DNA from: Candidatus Pelagibacter sp. HTCC7211
GTDB lineage: Bacteria; Pseudomonadota; Alphaproteobacteria; Pelagibacterales; Pelagibacteraceae
NCBI RefSeq assembly: GCF_000155895.1
Contig: NZ_DS995298.1
Location: 870,001-902,000, forward strand
Length of the DNA: 32,000 nucleotides
Direction of reading: 5' to 3'
Positions within the stretch are counted from its first letter, which is position 1, and each line of letters opens with the position of its first letter. The notes under the pieces are model-generated. The model searched no databases. It worked only from the letters and a program-made list of their open reading frames with translations, and was not told the DNA's origin. Position numbers and translations under genes: made by a program. Shown one piece after another: positions 19,746-28,323 of this stretch.

Positions 19746-20215
19746 TGAACAAAAAGACCAACTCTGGTTTAAAAATAATCTGTTTAAATAGAAAAGCTAG
19801 TTTTAACTATTTTTTTGAAGATCTTTTGGAGGCAGGAATAGTTTTAAAAGGTTCGGAGATTAAATCAATCAGAGACGGCAAAGTTAATATAGCTGAGTCT
19901 TATGCTGTAGAAAAAAATGGAGAATTGATTTTAATTAATGCTCATATAGCTCAATATAAGCAGGCAAGTTATTCGAGTCACAATCCAACAGATGAAAGAA
20001 AACTTTTGCTTAATAAGAGAGAAATAAACAAATTAATTGGCAAAATGCAAAGAGATGGCTTTACGATAGTTCCAACAAAAATGTATTTTAAAAAAGGTAA
20101 AGCCAAAATTGAGTTAGCTGTTGCAAAAGGAAAAAAACAATTTGATAAAAGAGCAACAAAAAAAAATAGAGATTGGAACCGTGACAAAGCTAGATACATC
20201 AGGAAAACAAGCTAG
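19745..20215 (+). CDS. smpB: SsrA-binding protein
   Basis: 156 aa with [39 protein letters not shown] and a basic C-terminal tail. A TAATG overlap joins it to dapA. Confidence 0.93.
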   Translation: MNKKTNSGLKIICLNRKASFNYFFEDLLEAGIVLKGSEIKSIRDGKVNIAESYAVEKNGELILINAHIAQYKQASYSSHNPTDERKLLLNKREINKLIGKMQRDGFTIVPTKMYFKKGKAKIELAVAKGKKQFDKRATKKNRDWNRDKARYIRKTS

Positions 20216-20693
20216 AATAACTTATTTAGGAATAGGTTCTAATCTAGGTAATAAAAAAGATAATATTGAAAAAGCTAAATCTCTTTTAATTGAAAACAAT
20301 ATAAATTTAATTTCAGTATCAAGTTATTATAATACTCCTTCATGGCCAAATCCAAAAAATCCTGATTTTATAAACATAGTTGTTAAAGCTAAATGTGCTC
20401 ATGAACCAGAAATATTATTAGGCATATGTAAATCTATTGAGTCTAAGTTAGGAAGAAAAAAAACTCCAAAAAATTCTCCACGTGAGTGTGATATTGATAT
20501 AATTGATTTTGATGGAAAAATCACCAGAAATGGTTTAATCCTTCCACATAAAATGATGCATCTAAGAAACTTTGTACTTATCCCATTATTTGAGATCGAA
20601 AATAATTGGTGTCATCCATTAACGAAGACTAATATCAAAAAATTGATTTTTTCCTTACCAAATAAAGACATTAGGTCTATTAAACAAATTTGA
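20181..20693 (+). CDS. folK: 2-amino-4-hydroxy-6-hydroxymethyldihydropteridine pyrophosphokinase (HPPK)
   Basis: It has [11 protein letters not shown] near the N-terminus, then PRECDIDII and [18 protein letters not shown]. The start is uncertain: the GTG at 20181 overlaps smpB by 35 nt, and the track's ATG at 20121 would overlap it by 95 nt. No in-frame ATG lies after the smpB stop and before the conserved GSN motif. Confidence 0.85.
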   Translation: MTKLDTSGKQARITYLGIGSNLGNKKDNIEKAKSLLIENNINLISVSSYYNTPSWPNPKNPDFINIVVKAKCAHEPEILLGICKSIESKLGRKKTPKNSPRECDIDIIDFDGKITRNGLILPHKMMHLRNFVLIPLFEIENNWCHPLTKTNIKKLIFSLPNKDIRSIKQI

Positions 20694-20712
20694 TTTAATG
20701 TTATAATTAAAT

Positions 20713-22458
20713 ATGCTCAATTCAAATGAATTAATAAATAAAGTAAAAGGATATAATAAATTTTTAAATCCAGAGAGACTAGATAAAGCTTATAATTTTG
20801 CAGTAAAAGCTCATCAAAATCAAAAAAGAGCATCTGGTGATCCTTACTCAGTTCATCCAATTGAAGTGGCAAATATTCTTACAGATCTAAAATTAGATAG
20901 TGCAACTATCACAACAGGGTTATTACATGACACCATAGAAGATACTTTTGCTACCTATGATACAATTAAAACTGAATTTGGTGATGAAGTTGCTGAATTA
21001 GTAGATGGAGTTACGAAGATATCAGTATTTGAAAATACAGCTGGTGCTAACTCAAAAGTAGAAAACTTTAGAAAATTAATTTTAGCTACATCAAAAGATA
21101 TAAGAGTTTTATTAGTTAAAATTGCAGATCGTCTTCACAATATGAGAACGATTAAAGCGATACCTAAAGAGGACAAAAGAAAAAGAATAGCACAAGAAAC
21201 TATGGAAATTTATGCTCCATTGGCTGATAGAATGGGAATGCACAGAATTCGAGATGAATTAGAAGATTTGTCTTTTGAAATTTTAAATAATGATGCAAGA
21301 AAATTAATCAAGATAAGACTTGATGAAATCAAATTAGATAAAAAAGACATTTTTGAGGAACTTTCATTTGAATTAAGTGAAATTTTAAATGACAATCATA
21401 TCAATGCTGAAATTTATGGGAGAGAAAAAACGCCTTTTTCAATTTGGAGAAAGGTTCAGAAAAAAAGAGTATCTTTAGAACAAGTTACTGACATCATTGG
21501 TTTTCGTATAATTTTAAAGAATATAGATGATTGCTACAAGACATTAGGTATATTTCATAAAAAATGGAATTGTATACCTGGGAAGTTTAAAGATTATATC
21601 TCTTCACCAAAAATTAATGGATATAAATCTATACATACAGCAGTAATAGGTTCTAATAAAAAACCCATCGAAATTCAAATAAGAACAAATGAGATGCATG
21701 AATTCGCTGAAAGAGGAGTTGCATCACATTGGCAATATAAATCATCTGAAAGATTTAATTCATTAAGCTGGAAAGAATATGATTGGTTAAAAGATTTAGT
21801 AGAAATTATTGAAAAAAATGAAAATCCTGAGCATTCATATGAATACACTAAACTTCAAATGTTTCAGGAAAATGTATTTTGTTTTACACCTAAAGGCTCT
21901 GTAATAAAATTACCAAAGGATGCAACACCAATAGACTTTGCGTATGCTGTTCACACTAAAATTGGCAACACTGCAATTGGATGTGAAATAAATGGAAATA
22001 AATCAGAACTACAAGATATTTTGAGAAATGGTGATAGAGTTAATATAATTACCTCTAAAAATCAGTCACCGTCATTACACTGGATACCTACAACAAAGAC
22101 AGGTAAGGCTAGAGCGGCCATAAGAAGATACTGGCATGATAAGGGTGAGCAAAAAGAAGAAAGAATAAAAAAATACAACACAACACTCTGGATTTCACTT
22201 CCTGATCAACCTGGTCAATTAGGTGATATTAGCTCACTCATAGGAAGCCATAAACTTAACATATCTAATGTTGAGATGGTGGGTAAAAATCCAAAATATA
22301 TTAATTTTAAATTTAAATTGATAATTACTAATCTTAAAAATTTTACTAATTTTATTGCAGAGCTTAAACAAAAGGGTATAAAATTTAAGATAATTAGACA
22401 CGAAGATAAAAGAAATGCTTTCACTCAAAAAATCCTTAAATATTTTAAAAAAGACTAA
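20713..22458 (+). CDS. spoT: Bifunctional (p)ppGpp synthetase/hydrolase, RelA/SpoT homologue (compact form)
   Basis: 581 aa. It has the HD hydrolase domain (HPIEVANIL...LLHDTIEDT) and the synthetase domain (GFRIIL...YKSIHTAV...IEIQIRTNEMHEFAERGVASHW). A TGS domain (FCFTPKGSVIKLPKDATPIDFAYAVHTKIG) and a C-terminal ACT/RRM-like domain (LWISLPDQPGQLGDISSLIG) are also present. Confidence 0.93.
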   Translation: MLNSNELINKVKGYNKFLNPERLDKAYNFAVKAHQNQKRASGDPYSVHPIEVANILTDLKLDSATITTGLLHDTIEDTFATYDTIKTEFGDEVAELVDGVTKISVFENTAGANSKVENFRKLILATSKDIRVLLVKIADRLHNMRTIKAIPKEDKRKRIAQETMEIYAPLADRMGMHRIRDELEDLSFEILNNDARKLIKIRLDEIKLDKKDIFEELSFELSEILNDNHINAEIYGREKTPFSIWRKVQKKRVSLEQVTDIIGFRIILKNIDDCYKTLGIFHKKWNCIPGKFKDYISSPKINGYKSIHTAVIGSNKKPIEIQIRTNEMHEFAERGVASHWQYKSSERFNSLSWKEYDWLKDLVEIIEKNENPEHSYEYTKLQMFQENVFCFTPKGSVIKLPKDATPIDFAYAVHTKIGNTAIGCEINGNKSELQDILRNGDRVNIITSKNQSPSLHWIPTTKTGKARAAIRRYWHDKGEQKEERIKKYNTTLWISLPDQPGQLGDISSLIGSHKLNISNVEMVGKNPKYINFKFKLIITNLKNFTNFIAELKQKGIKFKIIRHEDKRNAFTQKILKYFKKD

Positions 22459-23002
22459 TGCTTTATTAGAGGGCCATTTTGTATTATCTTCAGGTCTACA
22501 TTCTTCGAAATATATTCAATGTGCAAAACTTTTAAGTCATCCAAATTTAGCACAAAAAATATGTAAATCACTAGCCAACAAAATAAAAAAAAAATATAGA
22601 AAAATTGATCTAATATTAGCTCCAGCCATGGGTGGAGTTATAATTGGTTATGAAATAGGAAAACTTTTGAAAAAAGAAACAATTTTTTGTGAAAGAGTAA
22701 ATGGGAAGTTTATTCTAAGAAGAGGTTTTAATATAAGAAAAGGTTCAAGAGTTTTAATTATTGAAGATGTAATAACCACAGGAAAGTCTAGTTTAGAATG
22801 TGTTAAATTAATAAAAAAAGCTAATGCTAAACTTATTGGTTTTGCCTCTATAATTGATAGATCAACAAAAAAAACATTAAAAATAAAAACTGAAATTATA
22901 TCTCATTTGAAGATTGATGTTCCAACTTTTAGTAAAAAACAATTACCAAATAATCTAAAATCAATTCCTATTTCAACACCCGGGAGTAGATTTATTAAGT
23001 GA
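22415..23002 (+). CDS. pyrE: Orotate phosphoribosyltransferase
   Basis: 195 aa with LLEGHFVLSSGLHSSKY and the PRPP-binding loop VLIIEDVITTGKSSLE. The ATG at 22415 overlaps spoT by 44 nt. Confidence 0.9.
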   Translation: MLSLKKSLNILKKTNALLEGHFVLSSGLHSSKYIQCAKLLSHPNLAQKICKSLANKIKKKYRKIDLILAPAMGGVIIGYEIGKLLKKETIFCERVNGKFILRRGFNIRKGSRVLIIEDVITTGKSSLECVKLIKKANAKLIGFASIIDRSTKKTLKIKTEIISHLKIDVPTFSKKQLPNNLKSIPISTPGSRFIK

Positions 23003-23718
23003 AAAGATTAGGTGTAAACATAGATCATATAGCAACAGTAAGAAATGCAAGAGGTGAAAAGCATCCAGACCCTTTTTTTGCTGCATCTCAAGTTGTTAAA
23101 ATGGGTGCTGACTCAGTAACTATTCATTTAAGAGAAGATAGAAGACATATTAATGATGCTGATGCAAAAAAAATTTGTAAGCTAAAAAATATTTTTGTTA
23201 ATCTTGAAATATCAATGGATGATAAAATTGTTAAAAATGCTCTTAGAATAAAACCTAACTATATCTGTATTGTTCCTGAAAATAGAAAAGAAATAACTAC
23301 TGAAGGGGGATTGAATTTAACCAAGAATAAAAAAAAATTAAAAACAATAATTGAAAAATTCAAAAAAGTTAAAATTCGTACAAGTTTATTTATAAATCCA
23401 ACAATTAAAGATATTAAACTTTCAAAAGAATTAAATGTAGACTGTGTAGAGATACATACTGGAAGAATTTCAAACTTAGTTAAATTAAAAAAGAAATATA
23501 ATACAGAATTTAGTAGAATAAAAAAAAGCTCAATCTTAGCAAATAAACTAAATATCGAAGTTCATGCTGGCCATGGACTTGATTATAAAACAACAAAAAT
23601 ACTTAATAAAATTAACGAAATTCAAGAATTCAATATCGGTCACTTCATTATTGGTGAGTCTATTTTTTATGGTCTATCTAAAGTTATTAAAAAATTTAAG
23701 AAAATATTAAAAAATTAA
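22999..23718 (+). CDS. pdxJ: Pyridoxine 5'-phosphate synthase
   Basis: 239 aa with LGVNIDHIATVRNARG, HLREDRRHI, EIHTG and HAGHGL. The GTG start lies in a GTGA overlap with the pyrE stop. Confidence 0.93.
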   Translation: MKRLGVNIDHIATVRNARGEKHPDPFFAASQVVKMGADSVTIHLREDRRHINDADAKKICKLKNIFVNLEISMDDKIVKNALRIKPNYICIVPENRKEITTEGGLNLTKNKKKLKTIIEKFKKVKIRTSLFINPTIKDIKLSKELNVDCVEIHTGRISNLVKLKKKYNTEFSRIKKSSILANKLNIEVHAGHGLDYKTTKILNKINEIQEFNIGHFIIGESIFYGLSKVIKKFKKILKN

Positions 23719-23721
23719 TTT

Positions 23722-24108
23722 ATGAGAATTGTAGGAATCGGTGTTGATATTATCGAAAATAAAAGAATTAAAAATTCATTAAAAAATTTAAAGTTTAGAA
23801 AAAGGATTTATAGTACTAAAGAATTAGCTCAATCATCCTTATCCAAAAATAAAGTTGGTTTTTTTTCTAAAAGATTTGCTGCTAAAGAGGCCTTTGCAAA
23901 AGCTTTAGGCACAGGTTTTAGTGGTAATCTCAACTTTAAAGATATTGAAATTGTTAATGATAAAAAGGGAAAACCTTACTATTTGAAATCAAAAAAAATT
24001 TCAAAGATCATTCATAAAAATTTTAATATTAAGAAATATAACTGTTTTCTATCAATTTCAGACGAAAAAGATTATTCAACTGCATTTACTATAATTCAAT
24101 CAATATGA
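23722..24108 (+). CDS. acpS: Holo-[acyl-carrier-protein] synthase
   Basis: 128 aa with GIGVDIIENKRI and FAAKEAFAKALGTG. Confidence 0.9.
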   Translation: MRIVGIGVDIIENKRIKNSLKNLKFRKRIYSTKELAQSSLSKNKVGFFSKRFAAKEAFAKALGTGFSGNLNFKDIEIVNDKKGKPYYLKSKKISKIIHKNFNIKKYNCFLSISDEKDYSTAFTIIQSI

Positions 24109-24842
24109 AATTAGATAAAAATTTTTTTTCAGAAAATATTAAGACTCTTTTTTACGCTTTAATAATAGCAGTTATAATCAGATCTTTGTTAGTTCAACCT
24201 TTCTATATTCCATCATCTTCAATGGAACCAACATTGCTTGTAGGGGATAGACTATTTGTAACCAAATATTCCTATGGTTATAGCAAACATTCATTTCCAT
24301 TTAGCCCACCATTATTTAAGAATAGAATAATTTTTAGCTCACCTGAAAGAGGAGATGTAATTGTCTTTAAAACACCTGCTGACAATAGAACTGATTATAT
24401 TAAAAGATTAATTGGACTTCCTGGTGATAAAATTCAATTTATAGATGCAAATTTATACTTAAATAACAGTGAAATTTTAAAATCAAAAATTTTAAATAAG
24501 ACTAAAATTTATTGTGGTAGTAGATCAATCGATGTTTATAAATTTGAGGAAAAATTACCAAACGGTAAAAAGTTTCACACGGTTTATTTAAAAGATTACA
24601 CTTATCAAAACTCAGATGTATTTACTGTGCCAAAAGACCATTATTTTTTTCTAGGAGATAACAGAGATTGTTCAAAAGATAGTAGATATTTAACAAGCGT
24701 TGGTTATGTTCATAAAAATAATTTAGTTGGTAAGGCGCAATTTATTTTTTTTTCTTCTGATAAAAAAATTGGGAGCATGTTTGCATTCTGGAAATGGCAT
24801 AAATCCATAAGATTTAATAGAACTTTTAATAAGATTAATTAA
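24105..24842 (+). CDS. lepB: Signal peptidase I
   Basis: 245 aa with an N-terminal TM segment. It carries the catalytic Ser box PSSSMEPTL, the Lys box YIKRLIGLPGD and GDNRDCSKDSR. An ATGA overlap joins it to acpS. Confidence 0.93.
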   Translation: MKLDKNFFSENIKTLFYALIIAVIIRSLLVQPFYIPSSSMEPTLLVGDRLFVTKYSYGYSKHSFPFSPPLFKNRIIFSSPERGDVIVFKTPADNRTDYIKRLIGLPGDKIQFIDANLYLNNSEILKSKILNKTKIYCGSRSIDVYKFEEKLPNGKKFHTVYLKDYTYQNSDVFTVPKDHYFFLGDNRDCSKDSRYLTSVGYVHKNNLVGKAQFIFFSSDKKIGSMFAFWKWHKSIRFNRTFNKIN

Positions 24843-25504
24843 TGAAAAAAAATTATCAAAGTTTAGAAAAAAAAATTAATATCAAGTTTAAAAATACAAA
24901 TTTATTAATTCAATCGCTTACTCATAAAAGTCATAATTCGCTTAAAAATAACGAAAAAATTGAGTTCTTAGGTGATCGTGTTCTTGGATTAGTTATAGCA
25001 AAAAAACTTTTAGAAATTTATCCTGATGAAAAAGAAGGCATATTAGATAAAAAATTTGCCTCTCTAGTAAATAAGAGAACTTGCTTAGAAATAGCCAAAA
25101 ATATAAATCTAGAAAAATACATATTAACTTTTAATCTTAATAATAAAAAAATAAAAATTGAAGACAAAATCATTTCTGATTGTTGTGAGGCTTTAATTGG
25201 AGCATTATATCTTGATAAAGGATTAAACATTACTGAAAAAATAATATTAGATTTATGGAAAAATCATATTAAGAAAAGTGTAGTTACACAAATTGATGCA
25301 AAGACTAAATTACAAGAATTAGCGTTAAAAAATTTCAAGAAACTTCCAATTTATAAACTTATTTCAAATACAGGTCCACGACATAAGCCATTGTTTAAAG
25401 TTGGAGTTAAACTTCCTAATACTAAATATTTTATTGCACTTGGTAAATCAAAAAAAGATGCTGAACAAAATGCTGCAATTGAGTGTCTGAAAAATGTTAA
25501 GTGA
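24842..25504 (+). CDS. rnc: Ribonuclease III
   Basis: 220 aa with the RNase III signature EKIEFLGDRVL and CEALIGALYLD, plus a C-terminal dsRBD (KTKLQE...PLFKV...GKSKKDAEQNAA). Confidence 0.93.
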   Translation: MKKNYQSLEKKINIKFKNTNLLIQSLTHKSHNSLKNNEKIEFLGDRVLGLVIAKKLLEIYPDEKEGILDKKFASLVNKRTCLEIAKNINLEKYILTFNLNNKKIKIEDKIISDCCEALIGALYLDKGLNITEKIILDLWKNHIKKSVVTQIDAKTKLQELALKNFKKLPIYKLISNTGPRHKPLFKVGVKLPNTKYFIALGKSKKDAEQNAAIECLKNVK

Positions 25505-25511
25505 TTGAAAA

Positions 25512-26192
25512 ATGAATTGGATCGATGAAGGTTTTTTAATAAAAAAGAATAGATATAGTGAAAATTCCTTAATCGCTGAAATTTATACTAAAGATCACGG
25601 TAAGATAGTTGGCATAATATTTGGTGGAACCTCTAAAAAGATCAAAAATTATTTACAAATAGGTAATAAGTTACATGTAAATTTTAATTCTAAAAATGAA
25701 AATAAGATTGGATATTTCAAAGTTGAAATTTTACAAGCTTATAGTCCGCTATACTTTGATCACAAACAAAAGCTTTCATGTATTATTTCAGCAGTTAATT
25801 TAATTAAAATTTTAACAGCAGAGTCTCAAGCTAATTTAAAGATTTATAAAACAATTGAGAATTTTTTTATGATTCTAAAAGATAATGACTGGCTAAAAAA
25901 ATATGTATTTTGGGAATTAGAATTACTCAAACTCTTAGGATACGATCTTGAATTAGAGAATCTAGTTGAAAAAGATATAGTTAAAAATGAAACAGTGTAT
26001 TATGTAAGTTCTTCAACTGAAAAAAAATATGTTCCAAATTTTTTAATTGAAAAAGATATTGAAGTTAGTGATATTAAAATTTTATTAAGTGGTTTGAGAT
26101 TAGTTGGAGATTATCTTGATAAAACCATTTTGAAACCAAATAATCTAAATTATCCAAATAGCAGATTATTATTTTTAAATTCTTTTAAATAA
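25512..26192 (+). CDS. recO: DNA repair protein RecO
   Basis: 226 aa. The N-terminal OB-fold region MNWIDEGFLIKKNRYSENSLIAEIYTKDHGKIVGIIFGG resembles alphaproteobacterial RecO N-termini. FWELELLKLLGYDLEL matches the conserved RecO helix, and the gene follows rnc. Confidence 0.8.
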   Translation: MNWIDEGFLIKKNRYSENSLIAEIYTKDHGKIVGIIFGGTSKKIKNYLQIGNKLHVNFNSKNENKIGYFKVEILQAYSPLYFDHKQKLSCIISAVNLIKILTAESQANLKIYKTIENFFMILKDNDWLKKYVFWELELLKLLGYDLELENLVEKDIVKNETVYYVSSSTEKKYVPNFLIEKDIEVSDIKILLSGLRLVGDYLDKTILKPNNLNYPNSRLLFLNSFK

Positions 26193-27182
26193 TTATTTTA
26201 TTATTTTATCAATTCTATCTGCGTAATAACTAACAATAGCATTTGCACCAGCTCTTTTAAATCCGACTAAACTTTCATATATAATGTCTTCATTAACTAA
26301 TTTTTTCTGTATCGCATTATCAATTAAACTATATTCTCCTGAAACTTGATACGCAAACACAGGTATTTTAAATTTTTCTTTTACTGATTTAATAATATCT
26401 AAATAGGGCATACCTGGTTTAACCATCACCAGGTCCGCACCTTCTTTAATATCAAGTGCTACCTCTCTCAACGCTTCATCACTATTTTTAAAATCCATTT
26501 GATAAGTTTTTTTATCACCTTTTAATGATCCTTTCGAACCTACAGCATCTCTAAATGGTCCATAAAAACTTGAAGCATATTTTGCTGCATAAGACAAAAT
26601 TTGAACATCTTGATAATTTGATTTATCCAAGGCTTTTCTAATTTTTCCAATCCTGCCATCCATCATATCAGAAGGAGCCAATACATCACATCCCATCTCT
26701 GCTTGTAATAAAGATTGATTGATTAAAACTTCTATCGTTTCATCGTTTATAATTTGATTTGATTTAATTAATCCATCATGACCATGTGACGTGTATGGAT
26801 CAAGAGCTACATCACACATTATCCCAATTTGATTTTTATATTTTTTTTTAATTTCCAGGATGGCTTTGCAAACTAAATTATTTTCATTTAACGATTCTGA
26901 CCCAATTTCATTTTTTAAACTATTTTTAGTTTTTGGAAAAAGAGCTACCATTGGAATACCTACTTTTAGCGCTTTATCAATGATTTGAGATAATCTATTA
27001 ATTGTGTATCTATACACTCCAGGCATTGTAGATATTGACTGTTTTTTATTAGATCCATCAATTAAAAATACAGGCAAAATAAAATCATTTGCAGTAAGTG
27101 TATTTTCTTGGATCAGTCTTCTAGACCATGATTGTTTTCTAGTTCTTCTTAGTCTTAAGCTAGGATATTTTCCAGTAATCAT
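26193..27182 (-). CDS. hemB: Porphobilinogen synthase (delta-aminolevulinate dehydratase), Asp-rich (non-Cys) metal-site type
   Basis: 329 aa with RLRRTR, MVKPGMPYLDI and YQVSGEY. The metal-site segment at 26772..26813 reads DVALDPYTSHGHDG, the aspartate-rich variant rather than the Cys-rich Zn motif. Confidence 0.95.
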   Translation of the reverse strand: MITGKYPSLRLRRTRKQSWSRRLIQENTLTANDFILPVFLIDGSNKKQSISTMPGVYRYTINRLSQIIDKALKVGIPMVALFPKTKNSLKNEIGSESLNENNLVCKAILEIKKKYKNQIGIMCDVALDPYTSHGHDGLIKSNQIINDETIEVLINQSLLQAEMGCDVLAPSDMMDGRIGKIRKALDKSNYQDVQILSYAAKYASSFYGPFRDAVGSKGSLKGDKKTYQMDFKNSDEALREVALDIKEGADLVMVKPGMPYLDIIKSVKEKFKIPVFAYQVSGEYSLIDNAIQKKLVNEDIIYESLVGFKRAGANAIVSYYADRIDKIIK

Positions 27183-27255
27183 GTTTTAATTTTCTTCCAA
27201 ATTGCGTCAAATGTAATATACACATATACAATAAAAAGGGTACAAAGCAATCACG

Positions 27256-27894
27256 ATGAGTATTGAAAATTCTAAAGTTATTGATTTAAATCTAAAAAAA
27301 GATGAGAGGATATTAAACTTTTGTGATTTTCAAAAACAAGAAGTAAATTTTGATATAAATAAATTACAAGAAGCCTACCATCAAATTGTAAAAATAAAAA
27401 AATTTGAAGATGCTGGTGTAACACACTTTGGCGCTATATCTTTAACACAAATTCCTGGAGACCCAGATTCTATTAAGGGCAATAAAGCTCGAGGAATTTT
27501 TTGGACCAAACCTGATAAATCAGGAAAAGAAGTTACAAGAGACGAGATGATTGATGAGTCAGCATATTCTGAATTTGTAAAAGATTATGAAAATACTTAT
27601 TTTAAACATGTATATGATGTTTTATCATCAAAATATAAATTAGGTAGAATGAGGATTCTGCTTAAAGAGCCAAGGTCAACATTAAGTTGGCATAGAGACC
27701 CTGAACCAAGACTGCATATTCCAATAATTACAAACCCTGGATGTATAATGGTCATAGATAGTGTTGCAAAGCATATGCCTGCAGATGGATCAGTTTGGAT
27801 TACTAATAACACTAAATATCATAATGCGTTTAACGGTGGCGAAGAGAACAGAATTCACTTAGTCGCTTGCGTATTAGACTATAAATTTAATTAA
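27256..27894 (+). CDS. Aspartyl/asparaginyl beta-hydroxylase-like 2OG/Fe(II) oxygenase (cupin fold), substrate unknown
   Basis: 212 aa. The C-terminal half, LSWHRDPEPRLHIPIITNPGCIMVID...GSVWITNNTKYHNAFNGGEENRIHLV, matches my recollection of the PF05118-type pattern (pH.D...lR.HlPl...W..g....fD....H.a.N.....R..L). H146-x-D148, H189 and R199 are all present. Confidence 0.6.
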   Translation: MSIENSKVIDLNLKKDERILNFCDFQKQEVNFDINKLQEAYHQIVKIKKFEDAGVTHFGAISLTQIPGDPDSIKGNKARGIFWTKPDKSGKEVTRDEMIDESAYSEFVKDYENTYFKHVYDVLSSKYKLGRMRILLKEPRSTLSWHRDPEPRLHIPIITNPGCIMVIDSVAKHMPADGSVWITNNTKYHNAFNGGEENRIHLVACVLDYKFN

Positions 27895-27895
27895 T

Positions 27896-28321
27896 TTGAG
27901 AAAAATATTTATTGCATCTGATCATGCTGGATTTGATTTGAAAGAAGTAATCAAAGAATATCTCTCAAAAAAAAAATTAGCTTTTCAAGATTTAGGACCA
28001 GATAATGATAAAAGTGTAGATTATCCTATATATGCACATAATGTCGCAAAAAAAGTAAAAGTTAACAAAAACAATGTTGGAATTTTAATTTGTGGTTCAG
28101 GAACTGGTATGAATATTACAGCAAATAAACATAAAAATATACGTGCAGCTCAATGTTTTAATTTGAAATCAACTAAATTATCAAGATTGCATAATGATGC
28201 AAACATCATTACATTAGGGTCTAGATTAATAACAAAAAAAAATGCCTTGAATTTTATTGGTATTTTTTTAAAAACTAAATTTGAAGGTGGCAGACACTCT
28301 AAAAGAATAAGGAAAATTTAA
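27896..28321 (+). CDS. rpiB: Ribose-5-phosphate isomerase B (RpiB/LacAB family)
   Basis: 141 aa with [14 protein letters not shown] and [16 protein letters not shown]. The TTG start lies 1 nt after the upstream stop, and no in-frame ATG precedes the conserved N-terminus. Confidence 0.9.
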   Translation: MRKIFIASDHAGFDLKEVIKEYLSKKKLAFQDLGPDNDKSVDYPIYAHNVAKKVKVNKNNVGILICGSGTGMNITANKHKNIRAAQCFNLKSTKLSRLHNDANIITLGSRLITKKNALNFIGIFLKTKFEGGRHSKRIRKI

Positions 28322-28323
28322 AT

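Noticed and set aside
27213-27230. Direct heptamer repeat ATATACA-c-ATATACA and partial palindrome TGTA-ATA-TACA in the hemB / hydroxylase divergent spacer
   Set aside because: The elements are too short and AT-rich to distinguish from chance at this composition. They do not match the alphaproteobacterial Irr ICE box (TTTAGAA-N3-TTCTAAA) that I considered because hemB is Irr-regulated in some alphaproteobacteria. The stretch may just be -10-like promoter sequence.
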